Shown one piece after another: positions 1 to 10,900 of a stretch of 64,000 nucleotides of DNA. The notes under the pieces are model-generated. The model was given only the letters and a program-made list of their open reading frames with translations. It ran no database searches and was not told the DNA's origin. How positions within the stretch are numbered: the first letter of the stretch is position 1; each line of letters opens with the position of its first letter. The stretch comes from Hormoscilla sp. (lineage in GTDB: Bacteria > Cyanobacteriota > Cyanobacteriia > Cyanobacteriales > Desertifilaceae), in contig JBFRWI010000086.1 in the NCBI GenBank assembly GCA_051439505.1, positions 32,001 to 96,000 on the forward strand, written 5' to 3'. Made by a program: the position numbers and the translations under genes.

Positions 1-1034
1 TGCCCGTATTATTGGTAATAGATTGCAGTCGGCTATCCGGTTCCGTAGGGGCGATCGTCCAAGGTTATCGTACTTTCGATCCCAGAATAGCACTGGCAGG
101 TGTAGTATTAAATCGGGTCGGGAGCGATCGGCATCTAGAACTGCTCTTAACTGCCCTAGAACCCTTGCAGGTGCCCATATTAGGAGTGCTGCGCCGACAG
201 GATAATATTACCATCCCCGATCGGCACTTAGGTTTAGTCCCAACGGCGGAAATTCCCCAACTGGATGCGATCGTAGACAAACTGGCCCATTTGGGAGAAA
301 ATAGCTTTGACTGGGAACGGCTCATGCCACTCGTGCAATGCTCCCCCAAATCGACTCTCACCAATGCACCAATAGCAACCCGGAGATGGCCAGTCAGATT
401 GGCGATCGCCCGGGATGCCGCGTTCAGCTTCTACTACCAGGATAACCTGGATCTATTGCAACAGCTAGGGGCAGAATTAATTCCTTGGAGTCCCCTAGCA
501 GACAAGAGTTTACCAGACCGAGTGCAGGGATTATATTTCGGAGGCGGGTTTCCAGAAATGTTTGCCCAACAGCTAGCAGAAAACATCCCCGTTCGCCAGG
601 CCCTGCGGCAGGCAATCTGGACAGGAATGCCTACCTATGCCGAATGCGGGGGTTTAATGTATTTGTGCGAATTCCTAGTTGACTTTGCCAGCAAGTCCTG
701 GCCCATGGTAGGAGTATTGCCCACATCGACGATCGCAAGCAAGCGGCTCACCTTAGGATATCGACAAGCAGTAGCATTGCGAGATAGTCCCCTGCTGCGG
801 ACGGACTTGGTCGTGCGGGGACATGAATTTCACCGTTCCCAACTGACCGCAGCACCCAAAGAACCATTATATCGGACCAAGGGATATTACTCCCAAGAGC
901 GATCGGGTACGGAAGGATGGCAGCTGTATGGAGTACATGCTTCCTACATTCATCTCCACTGGGGAGGACTCCCCTCCATTGCTGCCCAGTTTTTGCAGTC
1001 TTTGTCCGATTATGGTAAACTGAGTGAAAAATAG
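1..1034 (+). CDS. cobB: Cobyrinate a,c-diamide synthase, 5' part outside window
   Basis: Contains GVVLNRVGSDRH, IPDRHLGLV, AFSFYY, glutamine amidotransferase YAECGGLMYL, RGHEFH and ASYIHLHW motifs. Confidence 0.93.
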   Translation, partial: PVLLVIDCSRLSGSVGAIVQGYRTFDPRIALAGVVLNRVGSDRHLELLLTALEPLQVPILGVLRRQDNITIPDRHLGLVPTAEIPQLDAIVDKLAHLGENSFDWERLMPLVQCSPKSTLTNAPIATRRWPVRLAIARDAAFSFYYQDNLDLLQQLGAELIPWSPLADKSLPDRVQGLYFGGGFPEMFAQQLAENIPVRQALRQAIWTGMPTYAECGGLMYLCEFLVDFASKSWPMVGVLPTSTIASKRLTLGYRQAVALRDSPLLRTDLVVRGHEFHRSQLTAAPKEPLYRTKGYYSQERSGTEGWQLYGVHASYIHLHWGGLPSIAAQFLQSLSDYGKLSEK

Positions 1035-1049
1035 AATTGGGAATTTGTC

Positions 1050-1400
1050 GTGACTGTATCGGTACAATTTATAGATGGACTGGATGAGGAGATTGGTGGC
1101 ATTAGCTTGCGGAAACGCCGGAACGATAAAACCAAGATCGTGGTTTTAGCCTTCGATCGGCTGCGGGCGATCGAGCAATTTCGCAGCTTGACCCAAAAGA
1201 TAGACGCCCTGTTGCTGCGGGACGAAGAAGGGGAAATTCGTGTGATTCCCAGTGGCATCAAGTTTATCTTTGAAAAAGAAGACGAGCTGTCAAAAGCATT
1301 CTGTACATTTGAAGTAGACTCAAAATCTGCTTTTGAACGAGTGATGCGGTTTTTAAACCGTTATGCAGAGGCGAATGGGTTTGAGTTTCGCGATCGTTGA
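1050..1400 (+). CDS. psb28: Photosystem II assembly factor Psb28 family (Psb28-2-like)
   Basis: IQFxxGxxE-like N-terminus, LRDEEGEI, and FERVMRFLNRYAEANG C-terminus. Confidence 0.85.
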   Translation: MTVSVQFIDGLDEEIGGISLRKRRNDKTKIVVLAFDRLRAIEQFRSLTQKIDALLLRDEEGEIRVIPSGIKFIFEKEDELSKAFCTFEVDSKSAFERVMRFLNRYAEANGFEFRDR

Positions 1401-1434
1401 AAGCTGGGAAGCCGTGCCACCGGGTTCCCGGCCA

Positions 1435-1701
1435 TCAGGAGCGATCGCCCCCGATCGCCGACGGTGACGATCCCTGGTAAGATGCTAGCATCCGGCGCAT
1501 CATTGGCGGCCAGATTAACAGAAAAAAGCCCATCCAGGCTAACACGGGCACTCCGACAAGAATTGAGATCCAGATGGTCCTGAAGAGCAACCAACTGATA
1601 CTCTCAATAGCTATGCCAGTCAGGATGATTGACCAAGGCTGACACCACCAAGGTTTATAATTCCAAGGGTTAATCGGTTCTGGTGCAGAGACTTCTTTCA
1701 T
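1435..1701 (-). CDS. Small conserved cyanobacterial membrane protein (DUF6737-like)
   Basis: NPWNYKPWWCQPWSI motif followed by two hydrophobic helices. Confidence 0.75.
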   Translation of the reverse strand: MKEVSAPEPINPWNYKPWWCQPWSIILTGIAIESISWLLFRTIWISILVGVPVLAWMGFFLLIWPPMMRRMLASYQGSSPSAIGGDRS

Positions 1702-2045
1702 GGGTGAGTGGTAAGTGGTGAGTAGTTACTGTAGGATGGGGAACGGGCGATCGGGCAGTTATGGTGGTTCCATGGCTTGGGATTGATTATACAATGGGAT
1801 GTCCTTTCCACCGCAGCAGGCGATCGCCACCCAGTCAGGTGGGGTCGGCCTGTAGCCCCAGGGAATGACAACCGGTGATCGCCGGTGGTGTGGAAGCAGG
1901 GCGATCGCGCTCTGGTCGGGATTGAAAAAAAAGCGATTGCGCTGCGCGCACACGCTTCGCTACGCGATCGGGCATTATAGTAAAAAAACCAGATCGAGAC
2001 CCGATCGGGCCCGGGAGATCGCGGGTTCGGCAAGGATATGGTAAA

Positions 2046-3374
2046 ATGCCTGCCATTGCCCCCCCAGTCGGGACCCTCTCAGGCAAAAAAGATGAAAAAA
2101 GTAAAAACATGAGTAGTGAGACAAAAAAAGAACGACCGATCGCAGTAGACTTGTGCGCAGGTGCAGGAGGGATGACCCTGGGGTTTGAACAAGCAGGGTT
2201 TGACGTGCTGGCATCTGTTGACATAGATCCAATACACTGCGCTATCCACGAGTATAATTTCCCCTTTTGGTCGGTATTATGCCAGAATATAGTAGAAACT
2301 ACGGAAGCGGAAATAAGGTCAAGGTCGCAAATAGGCGATCGGGAGATAGACGTAGTGCTGGCCAGCTTGCCAACTTCTCAAGTATTCTCCACCATGGGGA
2401 AACGCGCAGCGTCGGAAAAGCGGAATTCGGTGCTGTATAATTTTCAGAGACTGGTTGCGGAGCTCAAACCGAAATATTTCGTGATGGAAAATGACCGAGG
2501 ACTGGCGATCGGGAGGCAAAAACAGCGACTGAAGAATTTGATCAAGGATTTAAGGGAAGCAGGCTATCAAGTACAAGAGGATTATAAATCTCTCAATGCT
2601 GCCAACTACGGAATACCAGAGGCTCGCGAAAGACTGTTTCTGCTGGGATGCCGGTCATCCGAGAAGTTGCCGAAATATCCGCTAGCAACGACAAAACCAG
2701 CAAAACCCAGGCTGCGCGATCGCCATCGAGATTCAGATCTGCCCCTCGGTCCCACGGTGTGGGATGCCCTGTCAGACCTACCAGAAGCGAAAAACTACCC
2801 GGAATTAGTCAAGCAGGACTGGACCCAAGCGGAGTACGGCAAGCCTAGCAATTATGCCAAAGGACTGAGCGTTCGGGACTTTTTAGCAGATAATTATGGC
2901 TACGATCGGGAATACGATCGACAATTGTTGACGTCCAGCATGCTGACCAAACATTCATTGCGATCGATGAAACGATTTGAGAATACCAAACAGGGTCAAA
3001 GGGAAAAAATCAGTCGTTTCCAGAAGCTGCATCCTGAAGGCATATGCAACAGTCTCCGGGGAGGAACGGACAGGACTCAAGGTTCTTTCACTGCCCCCAG
3101 GCCAATTCATCCCTATGTACCCAGATGTATCACGGTCAGGGAAGCAGCAAGGTTGCATTCATATCCGGACTGGTTCAGATTTCACGCGACGAAATGGCAC
3201 GGGTTCCGGCAAGTGGCAAATTCCGTACCGCCATTGCTGGCCAAGGCAGTGGCAGCAGAGATTATCCGTGCCTTGGGAGTCGTCCCCTCATCTCCCACCG
3301 GCAAGCTGCTGCTGGGAGATGAGAAATTGCTAGAATTAACTAATTCTCAAGCTAGTCAGCGTTACCGTTCCTAG
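2046..3374 (+). CDS. C5 DNA-cytosine methyltransferase homologue with degenerate catalytic motifs
   Basis: Motif I DLCAGAGG, motif IX RCITVREAARLHSYPDWF, motif X QVANSVPP. Motif IV reads LASLPTSQVFS (no PC) and motif VI reads END. Start could be 2109. Confidence 0.85.
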   Translation: MPAIAPPVGTLSGKKDEKSKNMSSETKKERPIAVDLCAGAGGMTLGFEQAGFDVLASVDIDPIHCAIHEYNFPFWSVLCQNIVETTEAEIRSRSQIGDREIDVVLASLPTSQVFSTMGKRAASEKRNSVLYNFQRLVAELKPKYFVMENDRGLAIGRQKQRLKNLIKDLREAGYQVQEDYKSLNAANYGIPEARERLFLLGCRSSEKLPKYPLATTKPAKPRLRDRHRDSDLPLGPTVWDALSDLPEAKNYPELVKQDWTQAEYGKPSNYAKGLSVRDFLADNYGYDREYDRQLLTSSMLTKHSLRSMKRFENTKQGQREKISRFQKLHPEGICNSLRGGTDRTQGSFTAPRPIHPYVPRCITVREAARLHSYPDWFRFHATKWHGFRQVANSVPPLLAKAVAAEIIRALGVVPSSPTGKLLLGDEKLLELTNSQASQRYRS

Positions 3375-3395
3375 CCTCGCCGTTCGCCGTTCGCA

Positions 3396-3420
3396 GTTCG
3401 TAGTAAGGACTTTAGTCCTT
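3396..3420 (+). repeat. REP/SDR-like hairpin GTTCGTAGT-AAGGAC-TTTA-GTCCTT
   Basis: Same foot and loop with different stems at 14546, 14739, 39488, 39523, 59838-59957 and 62931. Confidence 0.75.
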
Positions 3421-3458
3421 ACCTAAATGTGATATAGCTCAGAGAAAAGGGAGGGAAT

Positions 3459-3980
3459 ATGCCCAGAACGCAACGTAACGATAATTTCATTGACAAAAGC
3501 TTTACGGTAATGGCAGATATCATACTCAAGATCATGCCGACGAACAAAAAAGCGAAGGAAGCTTTTGCCTATTACCGGGATGGAATGTCAGCTCAAGCAG
3601 ATGGAGAATACGCGGAAGCATTGGACAATTACTATGAAGCGCTGGAGATAGAAGAAGATCCGAACGATCGCAGCTATATCCTCTATAATATCGGATTGAT
3701 CCATGCTAGCAACGGCGAACATGAGAAGGCGCTGGGTTACTATCAGCAGGCCCTGGAACAAAATGCTCGCCTCCCCCAAGCGCTGAACAATATTGCGGTC
3801 ATTTACCACTACAAGGGAGAAAGGGCAAAGGAAGCTGGTGATGATGACGCAGGTGAAGCTATGTTTGATAAAGCGGCTGAGTATTGGAAGCAAGCAATTC
3901 GCCAGGCCCCCAATAACTACATTGAAGCTCAAAATTGGCTCAAAAATACGGGGCGATCGGAAATGGATGTATTTTTCTAG
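3459..3980 (+). CDS. ycf3: Photosystem I assembly protein Ycf3
   Basis: [16 protein letters not shown] start, TPRs, [10 protein letters not shown]. Confidence 0.98.
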   Translation: MPRTQRNDNFIDKSFTVMADIILKIMPTNKKAKEAFAYYRDGMSAQADGEYAEALDNYYEALEIEEDPNDRSYILYNIGLIHASNGEHEKALGYYQQALEQNARLPQALNNIAVIYHYKGERAKEAGDDDAGEAMFDKAAEYWKQAIRQAPNNYIEAQNWLKNTGRSEMDVFF

Positions 3981-4106
3981 TTGTTAGTTGTTAGTTGTTA
4001 GTTGTTAGTTGTTAGTTGTTAGTTGTTAGTTGTTAGTTGACTATTGACTATTAACCACTAACCACTAACCACTGACTACTGACTACTAACCACTGACTAC
4101 TGACCA
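3978..4106. repeat. Heptamer STRR tract: (TAGTTGT)n followed by complementary (ACTAACC/ACTGACT)n
   Basis: About 8 perfect TAGTTGT units, then inverse-type heptamers able to fold back. Confidence 0.9.
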
Positions 4107-4139
4107 CCCGATATTAACCATGTTCACCAGGAACTACCG

Positions 4140-4439
4140 ATGAAGATCGATCTAGAACAAGTTCGCAAAGTTGCCCATCTGGCCCGTTTGGAATTAACTT
4201 CCTCGGAAGAGGAAAAATTTACTACTCAACTGAGCAGTATTCTGGATTATTTTGAACAGTTGAGCGAACTAGACACTAGCGAGGTGCCGCCGACAACAAG
4301 GGCAATTGATGTTAGTAATGTAACGCGGCCAGATGAACTGCAACCTGACCCTAACCGGGATGCTATTCTAGCATGTGCGCCGGACCAAGATGGCGATTTC
4401 TTCAAGGTGCCACAAATTATCAGCGACGAAGATGGCTAA
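4140..4439 (+). CDS. gatC: Asp/Glu-tRNA amidotransferase subunit C
   Basis: VRKVAHLARL...FFKVPQI. Confidence 0.95.
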   Translation: MKIDLEQVRKVAHLARLELTSSEEEKFTTQLSSILDYFEQLSELDTSEVPPTTRAIDVSNVTRPDELQPDPNRDAILACAPDQDGDFFKVPQIISDEDG

Positions 4440-4537
4440 ATAATACGAGCAAACGGGAAGGGGAAACAGGAATTGTTGAATACTGGCGAAAGAAGAATCA
4501 AACGAGTATTGACGGATTACCGACAAATATATTATCA

Positions 4538-4605
4538 TAGCTAATTGCTAATTGTTCATTGTTAATTGTTATAGCAATTAGCAATTAGCAATTAGCAATT
4601 AGCTA
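4538..4605. terminator. Inverted heptamer hairpin between convergent gatC and hom (probable bidirectional terminator)
   Basis: (AATTGCT/AATTGTT)n followed by (AGCAATT)n. Confidence 0.5.
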
Positions 4606-5889
4606 AAGAACTCGGATGATGCTGGGAATGCTGTCAACAGCATTGAGAGTGTTAATTTCCTTGAGGGCATTGCGGAAGTTACCTTCACGGGTTTCGTGGG
4701 TGAGGACGACAATTTCTGCTAGTTGACCCTGAAATCCGATTTGGACGAGGGATTCGAGGCTAACATTATTGTTGCCGAAGCTAGTGCCCAAGTGACCGAT
4801 GACGCCCGGTTGGTCTTTGGTGAGAAAGCGGACGTAAAAGCGGGTCTGGAGTTCTTCTATTGGGGCGATCGGGCAATAATGTTGATGGTGACAGGAGAGT
4901 AAAGGATGGGGTATGGGTTCGGTTTCCGTTTGCAGAATAGCGGCAACATTCATGAGATCGGCAACTACAGCACTGGCAGTGGGGCCAGCGCCCGCACCCC
5001 GTCCGTAAAACATTACCTGTCCGATCGGTTCTCCTTCGACTAAGATGGCATTATAAACGCCGCTGATACTGGCGAGGGGATGAGTTTGGGGAACCAGAGT
5101 GGGATGAACCCTCACTTGCAGGGAACCTTCTACAGATCCTTGGGCGATCGCCAGCAGTTTAATTTCAAACCCCAATTTTTCCGCATAGGCAATATCGGCG
5201 ACAGTTACATGACGAATGCCTTCGCAATAAACATCTTCTAGTTTCAAGCGTCCTCCAAACGCTAAGGATGCCAGAATCGCAATTTTATCGGCAGCATCCA
5301 AACCATCCACATCGGCAGTCGGATCTGCTTCGGCGTAACCCAACTGCTGTGCTTCCGCTAAAACATCGGCAAAATCGATGCCTTCCCGTTGCATTTTAGT
5401 GAGAATATAGTTAGTCGTACCGTTGACAATGCCGATGACCGATTGAATGCGGTTAACGACCAATGCCTGTTTCAAGGGTCCGATCGCGGGAATGCCACCC
5501 CCCACCGCCGCTTCCAGCATCACGTAGACGCCAGCGTTATTGGCCGCCGTGTAAATTTCATCGCCGTAGCGGGAAAGTACCGCTTTGTTGGCAGTGACCA
5601 CATGCTTTTTGTGGGCAATAGCTTTCAGAATCAGCGATCGGGCCGGTTCCAGTCCCCCGATCAGTTCGACAACAATATCAACTGCCGGATCTGTGACAAT
5701 TGCTTCTAGATCCGTTGTCAGCATATCAGCAGGCAATTTTACCGGGCGGGGTTTGGAGATGTCGCGCATTCCCACCCGATAGATTTCCAATTCCTGCAAT
5801 AAGGGATGACGCCCCTTGGGGTCGAGTAAAATCTCTGCGGTCCCTGCACCAACGGTACCCAGTCCTAGTAAACCAATTTTGTAAGTCAC
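4603..5889 (-). CDS. hom: Homoserine dehydrogenase with ACT domain
   Basis: GLLGLGTVG, VVTANKA, EAAVGGGIP, NGTTNYIL, GYAEADPTADVDG, GAGAGPTASAV. Confidence 0.96.
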   Translation of the reverse strand: MTYKIGLLGLGTVGAGTAEILLDPKGRHPLLQELEIYRVGMRDISKPRPVKLPADMLTTDLEAIVTDPAVDIVVELIGGLEPARSLILKAIAHKKHVVTANKAVLSRYGDEIYTAANNAGVYVMLEAAVGGGIPAIGPLKQALVVNRIQSVIGIVNGTTNYILTKMQREGIDFADVLAEAQQLGYAEADPTADVDGLDAADKIAILASLAFGGRLKLEDVYCEGIRHVTVADIAYAEKLGFEIKLLAIAQGSVEGSLQVRVHPTLVPQTHPLASISGVYNAILVEGEPIGQVMFYGRGAGAGPTASAVVADLMNVAAILQTETEPIPHPLLSCHHQHYCPIAPIEELQTRFYVRFLTKDQPGVIGHLGTSFGNNNVSLESLVQIGFQGQLAEIVVLTHETREGNFRNALKEINTLNAVDSIPSIIRVL

Positions 5890-6071
5890 GATTCCCCTTC
5901 CTGACTATGCTTGCCTTGACTATTGTGACAGACTTTCGTCAGTTTGGTTGAACTTACATCTTGCACCAATCCCGATCGCCCGCCCAATCATTTGCCAACC
6001 GGACTCCGGCGATCGCTCAAGCAAGGAACTAATATCTATACTCATTTTTGGGTGTTGTTTGCGAGTTAATT

Positions 6072-6253
6072 GTTCTTTCTATTATCCTACATCTGGGGCA
6101 GTTTGGGGAAAGGTCATCCCAAAAGTTATTATCAAATCCCAGGAAAATCATCCTCGGTATTTTATATTACATTGCTTAATGCTGCCATAGCCTACGGCAT
6201 ATCCTGCAAGTTAGCGTCTATCGGGTCTCATATCTACTGGTATGATACCTTCC
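6072..6253 (-). pseudogene. Decayed duplicate of the pilin 3' end plus its downstream intergenic segment (copy of about 7240-7430)
   Basis: Reads PIDANLQDMP*AMAALSNVI*NTEDDFPGI* against pilin PIEANLQDMTSVIEELGNVISNPEESCPGI; the TTCTTTCTATTATCCTACATCTGGGGCAGTTTG block is identical in both copies. Confidence 0.8.
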
Positions 6254-6262
6254 CAATTCGAC

Positions 6263-7198
6263 CTATTTACGATTGTTGCGCAGTATATTGATTAGAGCCC
6301 CGATCGCCATAATCAAGACACCATTAGTCGGCGAGAATTCAAAAGAGGCACCTGCCGTAGCATTATTAGTAGCTTCGGCAGTAGTAACGGCGACTTTTTT
6401 GAGGTCAGCATTAACACTCCCCCGGGTCGTGTTGTCCCCTAATGCCAACAAGTTCGGCGTCTCGTAGGGGTCGTAGGGCAATGTTAAATTCACGGCTCCT
6501 AAAGGAATACCAGCAGTATGGTCGAAAGCACTGTAGTCCCGTAGAGAACCGCTCAGAATGAGTGAATTATTTTGGAGAAGCTGGTAACTGTCCCCCTGGA
6601 TCTGGAGTTCGTAGCTGCTCAAATCAGTAGTCCCGATCGCAGTGCCCTCAGCGTGGGTAAAAAGACTGCCAGTCACGTCATCGTGCTGTGCCCAAATTTC
6701 ATTTTCCCAGAACCCCAGTTCAATACCCCGGAGGTCGCTGCTAATAGCAATGATACTAAAACCCGCCCGATCGTTGCCAACGTGGTTCTCCCTGTTAATT
6801 TTGAGGTCCAAACTGATGTTATAGCCACCATTGCGATCGAGAGTAGGGAAAGAGGCGTTAATCAAATTCGGCGTACAGGAACCAGGGAAAATCTCAATGC
6901 AGGACTCGTAGTTGCTATAGCCCCCGGCGATATCATTGGGGTCTGTTATCAAGGTATTAGTAACAGCAGTATTCAACTGAGTCCCGCCCGAGATCTGGGT
7001 TTGAGTAGCTTGAGGCAGATTGACCGTAATTGGGCTCACAGTAACAGATGCAGGAGCCGTTGTAAATTCCAGCCAGCCCTGACTGTCGGGAGTGCCAGAC
7101 AATGAGCCATCGTAGAGAGTAACAGATGCACCAGTTGCCCGGTTAGCTCCCAGAATCAATGTCAAGCCAAGTGTCATAGCAGTTATAGCAGTTTTCAT
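6263..7198 (-). CDS. Secreted surface protein (choice-of-anchor Y-like domain) with PFE-CTERM-like tail
   Basis: RBS GGAGGAG then signal peptide MKTAITAM...; DRAGFSIIAISSDLRGIELGFW and LGDNT motifs; C-terminus SFEFSPTNG, hydrophobic helix, RNNRK. Confidence 0.7.
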   Translation of the reverse strand: MKTAITAMTLGLTLILGANRATGASVTLYDGSLSGTPDSQGWLEFTTAPASVTVSPITVNLPQATQTQISGGTQLNTAVTNTLITDPNDIAGGYSNYESCIEIFPGSCTPNLINASFPTLDRNGGYNISLDLKINRENHVGNDRAGFSIIAISSDLRGIELGFWENEIWAQHDDVTGSLFTHAEGTAIGTTDLSSYELQIQGDSYQLLQNNSLILSGSLRDYSAFDHTAGIPLGAVNLTLPYDPYETPNLLALGDNTTRGSVNADLKKVAVTTAEATNNATAGASFEFSPTNGVLIMAIGALINILRNNRK

Positions 7199-7301
7199 TT
7201 CTTCTCCTCCCTGATGGGTGAATCTTGAGTCGAGGTTCGTTCTTTCTATTATCCTACATCTGGGGCAGTTTGCGGACTTTGGGGACAGGTCATCCCAAAA
7301 A

Positions 7302-7889
7302 TTATTCCACAATTCCAGGACAAGACTCCTCCGGATTTGATATGACATTGCCTAATTCTTCTATAACCGACGTCATATCCTGCAAGTTTGCTTCTATCGG
7401 TTCTGGTATACAGATCTGCATATTACCTTCTTTCAGATATACAACTCCTGCATAACTTCTCACACAGTCAATCTTAGACGCAGCTACGTGAATTGCCATT
7501 GGCTCGTCATCATCATCCATCGCTATGATAACATAAAGGTAATTTTTTGATTCCTTTGAAGAAACTTCTATATCACTAGACGAGGCAAAAGCTGCTAATG
7601 CAGCTACCTCACTGTCATATTCTTCCTCTACAGATTCGATCGCAAAGTTCAATTTGGCAAAATTTAGGCTAAAGTTTCCTTTCTCAGTGTAGTATGCTTG
7701 CTGCGATCGGCTTGAATTTCCAATGTTAATTGTTGCTTCAGCTTCTCTAGCCTTACAAACTGCTTTTTGGGAAGCTGGCAAGGCAATGCTTGACAAAATT
7801 CCGAGGATGACGATAACCACTAGCAATTCTACTAGCGTCATCCCCCGATCGCATCTTTTCTGCCACAATGTTCTGAGTAAATTATTCAT
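7302..7889 (-). CDS. Type IV pilin-like protein (prepilin cleavage/methylation motif)
   Basis: RG|MTLVELLVVIVILGILSSIALP with E5; KAREAEA...RSQQAYYTEKGNF is typical of cyanobacterial pilins. Confidence 0.88.
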   Translation of the reverse strand: MNNLLRTLWQKRCDRGMTLVELLVVIVILGILSSIALPASQKAVCKAREAEATINIGNSSRSQQAYYTEKGNFSLNFAKLNFAIESVEEEYDSEVAALAAFASSSDIEVSSKESKNYLYVIIAMDDDDEPMAIHVAASKIDCVRSYAGVVYLKEGNMQICIPEPIEANLQDMTSVIEELGNVISNPEESCPGIVE

Positions 7890-7938
7890 GATTACACCCT
7901 CAAATACAATTTTTAACCCTGGTGGTGGGCGGTGCCCA

Positions 7939-10900
7939 CTACATGTCATGATTATTCATACTCAGATAAAAGAGCAAATTGTCCAATGCTTCGGACATTT
8001 GGGTGGCGGCGGGCAGACTCGCTATTATCCCTTGTAACAACCATTTTGCAGTATTCAGTTGCTTTCGTTGTGCCACCTTTTGAGGGTTTGCTCCCACAGA
8101 TGCTAACATATTTACCTGCTCTAATGCTTGCTCTTTATCTTCTGCTGTTAATCCCGGTTCGGTCTCAATTGCTGCTTTTAATTGCTCTAATAGTTCCGGG
8201 AATTTAGGTTTCACTGTACCCCGTAATTCTTGCCATGTCTTGGTAAACTCCGCTGGATTTTGGCAAATCACTGGTAACCAAGTAGCGCAGGGAAATTCAT
8301 CCTCTAACCCTTGCAGCTTTTCCCGCGCTTCCCGCACTGCTACATATAAGGTTTTGCCGCTGGCATATGCTTGCAGTAAATTATTTAAAAATGCTTGGGC
8401 TACTGGGTTGGGCACCGGTTCCCGCATGACAATTATCTGCGGTATGTGCAAGTTCTCTAGCTGTCTTGCTAACCCTAATCCATCGCATGAGTTGAAGATC
8501 GCTAGCTGCAATCCTCGCCCGATCGCATATATTAAGGCTTTTTCTAATTCTTCCAGCTTGATGTCCCTGTCCCCCAGTTGAAAACGACCGCTGTTCCCAT
8601 CTGTTTTGCTGGTACTATGGCCCGAAAAACAGAGTATGTCCCAACCCCGATCGTCCCACAGACTGCTATCCAGTGAGGCGCGATCGGGCTTTACCAAAAA
8701 TACGGATTCGGCATCGGGGAGACTCTGTAGAAGTTCCCTGTCTTTTTCGACATCAATCCCTTCGTCATCACCCATGACGGCTAATATTCGGATCTTTTCT
8801 CTGTCAGGGACTGACTTTTTGATGCGGTTTCCCTCGGGCAGACTCAGGGCCACTTCCGCCGATCGGTATTCCTGGAAAAAATCCCACAGATGCCAGGGAA
8901 GGCGTCGCAGTTGGGAGTCTTCTGATTGTACGATGACTCGCACTCTATCCTCGGGATTAAATTGGGAGCGCAATTTCTTCTGAATGGGATAAAATGCCTC
9001 GGAGTTCAGCCAACTATCCAACTGCTTTTCCAACTCCTTGGCTAACTTTTTCATATCTCTCTTCACATCCGGCATGTCCCGATCGGACAGCTGGGATACT
9101 TGACCTGGCTTTTTCTTGATGCGGGACTTCAACCCTTGATTCTCATGTAACCGTCGCAGATGTTCGTGTTTCCCCTGCCATTCCTGATAGAGTCGGGGAA
9201 TTTCTGGTTGGGGCGGTAATTTGCCAGGGAAGTTCTTGGGCAGAGAATGACCATCCGACCAAATCTGCGCTTTGACAGCGATAAACCCTTGCGCACAATT
9301 CCCTGGCCCCAAATCGATGACTACTAATCTATCTGAGATAATTGGATTTTTGGGAAAGGGCATGGGGTGAGTTGCCACATACTCGAGGATGCGTTTTAAG
9401 CTAGCGTTATGCTCGCGAAATCGTTTAATCAGTGCTTCTTTACCCTCCAGTTTTAGCTTATATTTCTCCTCTAATGATTTTATACTCTGTTCGTATATTT
9501 GCATAAACTCGTGATGAATTCTGGCTTTGCTAGTCTCCGGCGGCACGGCGACTTTCACAACTATTACGCCCTCTCCTTTGTTTTCGATGCCCTGAATATA
9601 GAGTTCCGTACCTTCATTCTCTACTTGCAGCTGTTTGAAGGATGACATGAATGCTCTCCAGTCTATGCCATCCCGGAAGATCAAGTCAACGGTATTCAAA
9701 ACTTCTTGAAAGAGACTGGTAAAGTCTCCCGGGGCAAATTCGCCGCTGCTGGGACGGCGTTCCCTGTCGTCCGTGCCCGGTTTGGGATGTTCCAGCAGAT
9801 ACACATATCTCGACTCGACATCATCTAGCTGTGTGCTGCTGTCTATGTTCCAATTTTCTAGGCTAACTCCTGTCATTTGTGCCCAGGTGAAGTTCGCACT
9901 AATGACTTGCACTTCTGTCAGGTTTGCCCCGTCTAAACAGGCTGCATGGAGAGAGGCTTCTGTTAAGTCCGCTGTCCTCAAATTGGCATCCTTGAGATGC
10001 GCACTATTTAAGTTAGCGCCTCGGAGGTTCGCACCTTCATAGTTTTTGCCCTCACCATCTCCGCTGACCAGTAAATCCCGCACTTTTGGGTCTATTAAGA
10101 TGGTATCATCAACTCGGGCGTAGTTCAGCTCTCGGGCTTGCCACCAGAATGTGCGAGTGGTGTTCGCTATTTGGAAATTACTGCTCTTCAGGGTGGCGTT
10201 GCTGAAGTTGGCATCGGTTAAGTTGGCATCCCTAAAGCTGGTTCCCCCGATCGCGCCTAGGAAAATGCCAATTTGGCGAATAAGATTGTATTGGGGGTCT
10301 TCCGCCAGTACTTGCCGGGCTATTTTACTGCTCAAATACACGATCGTAGCTGCGATCGCTACAGCGCTAATAACTGCTAGTATTTGTAGCGACTGTGATA
10401 GTATTATTTGTCGCGGCGGCACTACCAAGACCTTAATATCTTGATGCTTTTGCGGGCAAAAAGATTCCAATAAATTTTGATTAGTGATGGCATAAACTAT
10501 GACAGCATAAATGCCTGCGCCTGCGAAGGCTAAACTGCTAACTATAGGTTCAGGAACAATGGTGGCTAAAGCTACTTTGCCGATCGAATACACGACAGCA
10601 ACTGCGATCGCTACAGCGCTAAGAACTGCTAGTATTTGTAGCAGTTCTAATATACCAGATTCCTTGATTTGTGGTGGAAAATATTTCGGGCAGAGATATC
10701 TGGCTCTGTTTTTGGTCGTGATGGCAGCAACGATGACAGCTAAAGTGCCTGCGCCTGCGATCGCCAAGTTGCTGACTCTGGGAGAGGTGACAATGGTGGC
10801 TAAAACTACGGCGAGGGCGAGGGCGATAATGGCGGCGGTAGTAGCAGCCACAGCTATGAAGAAACCAATTATTACTACGGCGATCGGTCTATCGGTTCCC

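Noticed and set aside
1698..2232. Several overlapping minus-strand ORFs
   Set aside because: HIP1-rich intergenic or remnant sequence with no protein-like signature
2046..3374. Active restriction-modification system
   Set aside because: The catalytic Cys is absent and there is no adjacent endonuclease
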